Positions 18,774 through 26,127 of a DNA stretch of 32,000 nt are shown piece by piece. The stretch comes from Sulfolobus acidocaldarius DSM 639 (lineage in GTDB: Archaea; Thermoproteota; Thermoprotei_A; Sulfolobales; Sulfolobaceae), in assembly GCF_000012285.1 (NCBI RefSeq), contig NC_007181.1:90001-122000 (forward strand), in the 5' to 3' direction. The position numbers were made by a program, and so were the translations under genes. Below the pieces are notes generated by a model. It was not told the DNA's origin. It saw nothing but the letters and a program-made list of their open reading frames with translations, and did no database searches. Within the stretch, counting starts at the first letter, position 1. Each line of letters begins with the position of its first letter.

Positions 18774-19628
18774 ATGTTAAAAGGCTCCATAATAACAGTC
18801 CTTGCTTCAACAGAAGCTGATGCCCTGAATATAGCTGAAAGATTAGGTAAAAGGGTTGAGTCAAGCATTTACTATAAGAAGTTTGGTGAACATATCAGGT
18901 CTATTCTTGTCCCTCAAAAGTTACTTGATCAAGCTGAGGCTCTAAGCGTATCATCCGCATTTTACTTGAAAATGAGCCAAATAACTTCTGTTGAGGGAGA
19001 ATTGGCTTTACTAGCAGAGGCTTCAGGACTGAAAGGTGTGGTACTCCCTCCAGAAGATAGTTCCGCATTTGAAAAAATCTTCAAGGATTTATCAATAGTT
19101 TCAATGGTTAGTAATGAATTTAAGGAAACAGATGGTGATGTGAACGATAAGGGTTATGTTTACGTTGATAGAGCATTTAATGTTAAGGGCGTTGGTACAG
19201 TAGTTTTAGGATTTTCGCTTACAGAAGTCAGACCTCACGACAAGTTGATAGCTTTGCCAATGAAGAAGGAGGTAGAGGTTAAGAGTATACAAGTTTTAGA
19301 TGAGGATCAGGAAGGGGTTTTGCCAGGTGTTAGAATAGGCTTTGCATTAAAGAATGTAAAGATCGAAGACATAGAGGGGGTAACAGCCTTAGTGAAGCCT
19401 AACATTAAGTTGGTCAACTCAATTCAAGGATTTACGAAGTTTAAGTGGACTTCAGATGCGGACTCAGTTCATGTAGTAGCAGGGGGCATTAAGACAATAG
19501 GAAAGATTGACGGTAATATCATTACCTTAAAAGACGAAATACCTATAACTGTAGGAAGAGTTATCTTACTAAATCTTAACGCTAAGCCCAAGAGTTCTAG
19601 GGTATATGGATATGCAGAGGTCAAATAA
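18774..19628 (+). CDS. SelB/EF-Tu domain II-like protein lacking a recognisable P-loop
   Basis: VDRAFNVKGVGTVVLGFSL...KSIQVLDEDQEGVLPGVRIGFALKNV matches the translation-factor domain II beta-barrel (SelB-like). No GxxxxGK[ST] is visible in the N-terminal ~130 aa. Confidence 0.6.
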   Translation: MLKGSIITVLASTEADALNIAERLGKRVESSIYYKKFGEHIRSILVPQKLLDQAEALSVSSAFYLKMSQITSVEGELALLAEASGLKGVVLPPEDSSAFEKIFKDLSIVSMVSNEFKETDGDVNDKGYVYVDRAFNVKGVGTVVLGFSLTEVRPHDKLIALPMKKEVEVKSIQVLDEDQEGVLPGVRIGFALKNVKIEDIEGVTALVKPNIKLVNSIQGFTKFKWTSDADSVHVVAGGIKTIGKIDGNIITLKDEIPITVGRVILLNLNAKPKSSRVYGYAEVK

Positions 19629-19665
19629 CTTCATAAATATAAATATCATTGAATTTTATTATAAG

Positions 19666-19724
19666 TAGGGGTATCTAGCCCTCTGACTGCCTCGCAGAGG
19701 GCTGTGTGAGGAGGGCTTCCTGCC
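19666..19724 (+). other. GC-rich structured element (candidate small RNA or 5'-UTR structure)
   Basis: About 60% G+C by hand count, against an AT-rich background. 9-bp stem AGCCCUCUG (19677-19685) / CAGAGGGCU (19695-19703). A second GAGGGCU copy at 19711-19717 could pair alternatively. Confidence 0.3.
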
Positions 19725-20435
19725 GTGAATTTGATATATATATTACAAATAGTCTTGACTTCCATAATGTTAGCTCACACATCTTATCTTGATATTAAAA
19801 AGAGAGAAGTCGACCTAAAAATATGGGCTATCTACGCCCCTCTAGTAATCTTCTTCATATTCAACTATCCACATCTTAATCTGTTTCTATATTTATATTC
19901 AGTCATAACTGTAAATTTAATCATGTATTTTTTATACCGTTTCTCAATGATGGGAGGTGCAGATTTGATACTATCCATAATTCTGTCTCTCAGTAATGCC
20001 ACGACATATCCCATATTTTTCCCTAATCTTTCATCAGAAGGCTTTGAGCCTTTTCTAGTCATTCTGTACGGTTCTATAATCATACTCCTATCAGGCTTAG
20101 TCAATCTGTTCAGGAACTTAAAGTATACAAAAGGTTATTCATTGACGATAAGATTGAATCTTGCTATTTCTGCCAGGAGGATAAAAGTAAAGGATTTTCT
20201 ATCTTCAAAATTTCTATTCCCATTAACCGTAATAGATGAAAAAGGAAACCAGAGTATTAGAACTAGTTTTGATGTGGAAGAGGATGATGAAGAATGGAGA
20301 AAATTATATCGGGAGTATGTAGGGAAAGGTTTAATCAGAGAGGAAGATTATATTTGGGTTATGTGGGGTGTTCCAGTAATTCCATTTTTCTTCTTAGGCT
20401 ATTTAATAAGTCTTGTGATAGGTTTTCCTATATAG
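19725..20435 (+). CDS. pibD: Type IV prepilin / preflagellin (class III signal) peptidase, A24 family
   Basis: 236 aa polytopic membrane protein. Asp23 in SYLDIKK and Asp80 in MGGADL. As I recall, these are the positions of the two catalytic aspartates reported for Sulfolobus solfataricus PibD, which has the same length. GTG start. Confidence 0.85.
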   Translation: MNLIYILQIVLTSIMLAHTSYLDIKKREVDLKIWAIYAPLVIFFIFNYPHLNLFLYLYSVITVNLIMYFLYRFSMMGGADLILSIILSLSNATTYPIFFPNLSSEGFEPFLVILYGSIIILLSGLVNLFRNLKYTKGYSLTIRLNLAISARRIKVKDFLSSKFLFPLTVIDEKGNQSIRTSFDVEEDDEEWRKLYREYVGKGLIREEDYIWVMWGVPVIPFFFLGYLISLVIGFPI

Positions 20436-20502
20436 ACTATATAAAATATTTAGTCAAAATACGAATAGATTTTATAATTTAAGATTTAGCAAGTATAGTG
20501 AA

Positions 20503-21342
20503 ATGTCATATCCAACTTCCGATCTAGATGCGTTAAATAAACTAAAAGACGCTTCTCTGTGGTTTATTATAATAGGCATACTATATTTCGTAGGTTTCTT
20601 TTTTGCATTAATAATAATTGTGCCATTAATACTTTATTTTGTAGTTGGAATACCTAAGTTAAGAGACGCGTTTCAAGCTTTTTCGAATCTAGGTAAGAAT
20701 GTTAATTTAGGCTTGACAGGACTTAACCTACTTATATACGGTTTTATAATAGCCTTTATCGGTGGAGTACTAACCTTCTTGGTACCCTTAGCTGGAGTTG
20801 CACTAGTTGGTGTAGGGGTTTTATTGATATTTGTGGCTCAGGTATTGATAGGAGTAGCTCTCTATAACATTGGTAATAGTTATAATTCTAGTTTAATGTC
20901 TATAGGCGGAATAGTTGAAATTTTCTTGAGCTTTATAGGCTGGATCCTAATTTATATTTCAATAGATGAGGTCATAAACAGATTTAGAGGCATGCCTGCA
21001 CAAAGTCCAACCACATTTGGTACACCTTCCTATCCTAGTGGTCCTACTTATATGCCTCCTGCAATTTATCAAGTTGGTACTGCATACCTCAAACCCAATG
21101 GTGAACTCAAGGTTACACTCTATTCAAATGTGGCAGGAATATCTATAATATCAGCTACAATAGAGGCGTTTTCAATAACAACGACCAATATATCTCCATC
21201 AGTGTTAAATCAAGGTAATAACCAAATTACAATACTCTTCCCAACAGTGACAGGTCTAAGTATAGGAGGAAACTATACTGTAGCATTATCTCTATCAAAC
21301 GGACAAGTAGTGAGGGTAACAGCGTTCTACACTAACATGTAA
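20503..21342 (+). CDS. Membrane protein with a Pro-rich linker and a C-terminal beta-rich domain (possibly DUF973-like)
   Basis: Four to five TM helices, then PAQSPTTFGTPSYPSGPTYMPP, then an about 90-aa T/S/I/V-rich domain. The family assignment is from memory and weak. Confidence 0.55.
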   Translation: MSYPTSDLDALNKLKDASLWFIIIGILYFVGFFFALIIIVPLILYFVVGIPKLRDAFQAFSNLGKNVNLGLTGLNLLIYGFIIAFIGGVLTFLVPLAGVALVGVGVLLIFVAQVLIGVALYNIGNSYNSSLMSIGGIVEIFLSFIGWILIYISIDEVINRFRGMPAQSPTTFGTPSYPSGPTYMPPAIYQVGTAYLKPNGELKVTLYSNVAGISIISATIEAFSITTTNISPSVLNQGNNQITILFPTVTGLSIGGNYTVALSLSNGQVVRVTAFYTNM

Positions 21343-22000
21343 GGCTTAAAATTAGTCTTTTTAATTTTTCAACATTCTTACTGATAAACACTCTACCTTT
21401 TTCTTCGTCTATAACTACTTTTCCCTTATTAATAATTCCGTATGGGTTTGACTCTTTAGTAGTTATGATATCGAAAACACCCTCTTGAAAAGAGTAATCA
21501 ACGTCCTTCAGCTTATCTTCATTAACCAGTTTCGGATTAATCACTTTTATTGCAGACGTCTCTATTGTGCCTGCATGAAGATCCTCTGAATTTTCTTCCT
21601 GAACTGTAAATGTGTAAACTTTAAACGTTTTGTTAGTGAAGTTTAACTGCCTCTTAACTACATCTATCACAGAAACTACTCCTCCATGTCCAATTACTAA
21701 TACTGCTTTTTTGGAAAATTTTGAAATAGAATTTAGGATTTCGAGCATGTAAGAGGCGAATGTGATATATGAGACACCTGCATATGGAAATCCCTCATGT
21801 TCCATGGAACAGGTGTAATAAACAGTTGGGAATAATAAAACAACATTATTCAGCTCTTCTTCAACTCTTTTAGCTATTTCTTCAGCAATTATAGAATCGG
21901 TGCCCATAGGTAAATGTGGTCCGTGTTGTTCTAAACTACCTACTGGTATCAAAGCTATTTTATTTTGAATATCGTCCTTATTCGAGTACAATATCTTCAT
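21332..22000 (-). CDS. Creatininase-family amidohydrolase
   Basis: PVGSLEQHGPHLPMGTD block, and later the HGG and H/E metal ligands typical of the creatininase fold. In archaea this family includes the riboflavin/F420-pathway formamide hydrolase ArfB. Confidence 0.8.
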   Translation of the reverse strand: MKILYSNKDDIQNKIALIPVGSLEQHGPHLPMGTDSIIAEEIAKRVEEELNNVVLLFPTVYYTCSMEHEGFPYAGVSYITFASYMLEILNSISKFSKKAVLVIGHGGVVSVIDVVKRQLNFTNKTFKVYTFTVQEENSEDLHAGTIETSAIKVINPKLVNEDKLKDVDYSFQEGVFDIITTKESNPYGIINKGKVVIDEEKGRVFISKNVEKLKRLILSLTC

Positions 22001-22369
22001 TATTCTCTATTTACTTAAGTGGATTAAAGAGTTTAAAACAACTTCACTTTCAATCTCAAGTCCATTCAAGGCATATATGTGCTTTAAATAGATAGTAAGA
22101 CGTGAGGAACAGACACTCATAAACTTGATCTCTTCAGAACCTTTAGAACTGGATTTAGCTATGTAAAGTCAAATAATGTTAACGTACCTAAAGATTCACC
22201 AGTTAGAAGGAGATGCTTATAGGGAAAGTATCGGTGCTCTAACTATAAGAAGGGATTTTTATGTGGGAGTAGCGATACGTGAATGTATTTTGTGGACATA
22301 GGTTAACTATGGATTCTAAGATGGAGAGACCCTATAGGGAAATGAACGTAATGCAAATATCATGAGGTA

Positions 22370-23017
22370 CTAATGAAATGGTGTTAATAGTTGTATCAAG
22401 ATTGTCCCAACAAAAGAAATGAAGAGATAAAGTACTACAAAATTTACGGCCAATATAGGCAATGCATATTTTATGAATTCTAGAAAGTTAAAGCCTTTTC
22501 CTCCTCTACTTTCTGAAGCCTCAGAAACTATAACATTACTGGCAGCCCCTAAAATAGTGAAGTTTCCAGCAATAGTGCTTCCTGCTGCTAACGCTAGCCA
22601 ATTCAATATACTTATTGCGCCTAACTTCTGCATTTCTTGTATGTATATAGCAACTAAAGGCACATTGCTGAGTATTTGACTTAAGACTACACTGGAAGCC
22701 ATTATGGTAGCTGTGTTAGTAGGTAATGGAACTATATGATATAAAGCATCCATTATTCCGCCCTTGACTAGACCTTCGGTAAATATGAACAGTCCTATGA
22801 AAAACACAATTACACTCCAATCAACCTTTTGAATTATTTCTCTTCTTTCTCTATTGACCAGTAATAAGATAGAGGAAGTTACTAGGGATGCTAGTACTAT
22901 ATCTATTCTGTAAATGCTTAAGACAAAAAATAGTATGATAGTAATTGCCAATAAAATAAGAGAAGAATAAGCCAATCTTTTGTTTTGTATCTGAATATTT
23001 CCAAGGTTATCGTCCAC
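22370..23017 (-). CDS. ArsB/NhaD (CitMHS) permease, C-terminal half (fragment of a split gene)
   Basis: Five to six TM helices. It continues the upstream ORF if one A of an A8 run is removed (see findings). Confidence 0.7.
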   Translation of the reverse strand: MDDNLGNIQIQNKRLAYSSLILLAITIILFFVLSIYRIDIVLASLVTSSILLLVNRERREIIQKVDWSVIVFFIGLFIFTEGLVKGGIMDALYHIVPLPTNTATIMASSVVLSQILSNVPLVAIYIQEMQKLGAISILNWLALAAGSTIAGNFTILGAASNVIVSEASESRGGKGFNFLEFIKYALPILAVNFVVLYLFISFVGTILIQLLTPFH

Positions 23018-23024
23018 AGTAATG

Positions 23025-23624
23025 TTAGAGAGTTTTTTTTCTAAAAATCAGAAGAAGGACGAAATAAGAAAGGATAAAATTTATCATAGTAGGTATTAGA
23101 AGAATAGCAACAAATATCAGAAAGGGAGTATTGGATTCTAGTAATATTAATAAGTTCTGAGGATTGCCAGTTGGCATCATTACACTACCTATTGTTACTC
23201 CAAATGCTAAAGCGTAAAGGAAGGGTAACTCATCGACTTTCATTGCCTTAGACGCTTCAAGAACGACAGGTGTCCAGCTTGATGATATACCGTCATTTGT
23301 AACCAAGTTGGAAAGGATTCCAGCGTAAAATAGAATATAGAAGAGAACCTTTTTTGGATCCTTATATCGAGAAACTAATTTGTATGCAAGAAATTTAAGA
23401 AATCCAGATACTTCTAACGCTGAAGAGAACATAAAAAGTGTCATGAGAAATAGAATTACATCTAAATTAACACTGGAGTAAGCTTCTTGTAGAGTTATTA
23501 CTCCTGTAACTATCATTAGGATTCCGCCAAAGAACATAGAAGCCCATAAAGGTACCTTAATAATACTCCTTGAAATGATCAATCCGTATGTTATTATGCC
23601 TATTATAAGAGCTATATATTCCAT
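23025..23624 (-). CDS. ArsB/NhaD (CitMHS) permease, N-terminal half (fragment of a split gene)
   Basis: Family-typical blocks SGFLKFLAYKL, LSNLVTND and PTGNPQNLLI. The ORF ends FRKKTL* immediately after the A8 run. Confidence 0.7.
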   Translation of the reverse strand: MEYIALIIGIITYGLIISRSIIKVPLWASMFFGGILMIVTGVITLQEAYSSVNLDVILFLMTLFMFSSALEVSGFLKFLAYKLVSRYKDPKKVLFYILFYAGILSNLVTNDGISSSWTPVVLEASKAMKVDELPFLYALAFGVTIGSVMMPTGNPQNLLILLESNTPFLIFVAILLIPTMINFILSYFVLLLIFRKKTL

Positions 23625-23659
23625 GAGTAAGTAGTTAATGCCTTATTCTTTTTAAGTTA

Positions 23660-24820
23660 TTGTCGATAAACACAACTAACGTGAAGCTATTCATAGGGCA
23701 AGCATTCATAGTAGCCGGATCAACATTATTGTCTTTGCTTTATCCTTTAGTACTCTATGATCAGACTCACTCCACTGCTTTATTAGGAATAAGTATGATG
23801 CTAAATGAGTTAGCAGTGGGTTTAGGATCGTACGTATGGGGTAGGATAATTGATAGAGTGAGGGAAAGATACATATTCTTTATAATACTCCCTGTATCTG
23901 GTATTGGAATCACACTGTTAATCTTCGATACAAGTTTAGGTCTAGTGGGATATGCTCTGTTAGGATTTTTTACTGCCCTAGATTCACCTATATACTCCAT
24001 ATTATTGTTAGAGAGATTTTCCATGGATAAGGCTGTGGTCGCAAATTCCATGTTATCTCAGCTATCGTTGGCTGGAAATATAATAGGTAGTATAATGGGC
24101 ACATTTAAGTTAAAGTTCTTCACTATAATTATATTCTTTACAATCGCTGCTGTCTTAAATGCCATATTGATACCGAGGTATAAGGGGGATATAAGAGAGG
24201 ATAAGGTAGAGAGAATAAGGGATACTAGGAGGTTACTTAAACCTTTAATCTCTTATTCTATATTTAACCTTTCTGCAGAGGTCTTTTATGTGGTCTACAT
24301 CCCATTACTTAATTTGTTAACATTGCCTTCATGGACCTATTTCGTTAGCTACACTATACTGTATATGATAGATGAATACATTTACTACATCTCACCAAAT
24401 TTAGTTAGGGACAATGAATTATATTATATCTTTATTTCGATAGCTCTTAGAGGTTTTTTGGTAGCTTTAGTGGGGTATTTGCTCTTTATGAAGATTAATT
24501 TTAGCTTTCTTACTGTCTTGTTATTTATATCTTTTGGTAGTCTATACCCTCTATATAATACAGCGTTATTTTCTCTTATATTTAAGGATTTAAAGAAAAA
24601 TAGGGGATCCATATTAGGTCTCTTTAGTGCTGGAAATAACTTAGCATCTGCCATGGGTAGTTACCTCTCAGGATTGGTAAATCCGATGTCGATATCTCAA
24701 GCTTATTTCTTCAGTTTCTTCGGGTTTTCGTTATCGTTTTTTATAATGTATGACTACATTAGTGAAAAAAGACAAAGAGTTGAAAATAAAAAGAAAGTCA
24801 TCGTTTCTAATTCTACCTAG
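23660..24820 (+). CDS. MFS transporter
   Basis: About 12 predicted TM helices. The loop 2-3 motif WGRIIDRVRERY resembles the MFS GxxxDRxGRR. TTG start, with an alternative GTG at 23681. Confidence 0.8.
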   Translation: MSINTTNVKLFIGQAFIVAGSTLLSLLYPLVLYDQTHSTALLGISMMLNELAVGLGSYVWGRIIDRVRERYIFFIILPVSGIGITLLIFDTSLGLVGYALLGFFTALDSPIYSILLLERFSMDKAVVANSMLSQLSLAGNIIGSIMGTFKLKFFTIIIFFTIAAVLNAILIPRYKGDIREDKVERIRDTRRLLKPLISYSIFNLSAEVFYVVYIPLLNLLTLPSWTYFVSYTILYMIDEYIYYISPNLVRDNELYYIFISIALRGFLVALVGYLLFMKINFSFLTVLLFISFGSLYPLYNTALFSLIFKDLKKNRGSILGLFSAGNNLASAMGSYLSGLVNPMSISQAYFFSFFGFSLSFFIMYDYISEKRQRVENKKKVIVSNST

Positions 24821-25757
24821 TGGTAATTAGTTTCTTTCTTCTTAAAACTTCTTCATAATATTTCTTTTCTACTTCAGTTTCTGGTGTATAGCTAGGTACT
24901 CTTATGGGTTTTCCAGTTGAGTCAACCCTAACATAGGTGAAGTAACCTGTGGTTATGTGTTCTTTCATCATAGTTTTTGGATCTATTCGAATCACATTAA
25001 TCAGTGTTTCTATTGATGTATTTCCTACATATATTATTCCTGCTCTTATCTCCACGATATCGCCTAACCTAATTGGCGTATAGAAACTCATTCTATTGAC
25101 TGCAACGGTAACTACAGTTCCAGGTTCACTCTGTTTTATATATCTTCCACATAATACACCGCCTAGGTCATCCATCGCTTTAAGTAATTTTCCAGCAGAA
25201 ATTATCTTTCCGTCATAGGTCATGTCAGGTGTTATAAATATCTTTGACGACAATCTATATCTCAATCCTTCTGTAGGATCAGTGATATCAAACTTCTTTT
25301 CAACCCTGTCCTTAATATCTCTTTGTCTTTCATTTCTCCTTTGAATAGCCTTCTCCATTCTTCTCTTTTCCTCTTCCGTATCAGCGATCAGTTTGTTCTC
25401 TATTATTATGGGTTTGAATAAATCGTCTATTTTCACGTATGTACCTGTTGCTTCGACTAATGTCTCTTCGTCTCTTAAGGCTCTCATAGATACTTCTACA
25501 GAAGAGTTGCCTACATATTCTGCTTCCGCTTCCACTGCTATGTTATCTCCTAATGATATTGGTTTCTTAAATATAACGTCGTCAAGTGATGCTATAACCG
25601 CTAAACCTTTAGCCACCCTTATCGCTGACATCATTCCAGTATCCACTAGGAAGTTCAGCATTACACCTCCGTGCAGTCTACCTAGATAATTTATGTGCTC
25701 GTAATGAATTATTTTTAGTGAGGAGACCTTGGTTTCAGATATTCTCAAATATGACAC
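24813..25757 (-). CDS. Acyl-CoA thioesterase with tandem hotdog domains
   Basis: Two repeated hotdog modules, each with a G(N)xS(V/I)E central-helix/strand block (YVGNSSVEV and YVGNTSIET). N-terminal LHGGVMLNFLVDTG. GTG start overlaps the upstream small ORF by 23 nt. Confidence 0.8.
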   Translation of the reverse strand: MSYLRISETKVSSLKIIHYEHINYLGRLHGGVMLNFLVDTGMMSAIRVAKGLAVIASLDDVIFKKPISLGDNIAVEAEAEYVGNSSVEVSMRALRDEETLVEATGTYVKIDDLFKPIIIENKLIADTEEEKRRMEKAIQRRNERQRDIKDRVEKKFDITDPTEGLRYRLSSKIFITPDMTYDGKIISAGKLLKAMDDLGGVLCGRYIKQSEPGTVVTVAVNRMSFYTPIRLGDIVEIRAGIIYVGNTSIETLINVIRIDPKTMMKEHITTGYFTYVRVDSTGKPIRVPSYTPETEVEKKYYEEVLRRKKLITTR

Positions 25758-26127
25758 TATTAACTTGATCAGCCACTTCTAAATATTTTTTATCTATCTT
25801 GGAGTATTCAAGTAAATAATCCCTTAATTGACCCAATATTTGCTTCCAATTAGTTTTTATCACTTTAATAACATCTTCAGGTATTTCATTGTATTCTATT
25901 CTTTTGCTGTCTGCTGAAAATATTGGCAAATATTCTTCAAGTGATAAAGATATAATTACTACACCTCTTCTGTCCAATACATACTCATGAACACCCTTCT
26001 TTGTCAGTGATATTCCGTAATCGTCGGATGGGGGTAACAGTCTAGCAACTGTTTTAAGAAAATCTATTGTTGACTCTTTATCTCCTTTTAATTTCATTTT
26101 TTTAAGAACGTTCTGTAACTCACTCAT
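25735..26127 (-). CDS. Hypothetical 130-aa protein, third gene of the NurA-like/HerA-like module
   Basis: The ATG directly abuts the stop of the ATPase gene (TAAATG). Normal protein-like composition. No motif recognised. Confidence 0.6.
   Translation of the reverse strand: MSELQNVLKKMKLKGDKESTIDFLKTVARLLPPSDDYGISLTKKGVHEYVLDRRGVVIISLSLEEYLPIFSADSKRIEYNEIPEDVIKVIKTNWKQILGQLRDYLLEYSKIDKKYLEVADQVNSVIFENI

Noticed and set aside
19865-20482. ORFs 19865-20104 (minus) and 20294-20482 (plus, alternative frame) in or after pibD
   Set aside because: Shadow or alternative frames of pibD. The PibD frame places the catalytic Asp residues at the expected positions.
22473-25689. ORFs 22473-22679, 23767-24051, 24424-24654 and 25393-25689
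   Set aside because: Each is antisense to a longer membrane-transporter or thioesterase ORF with family-typical motifs.
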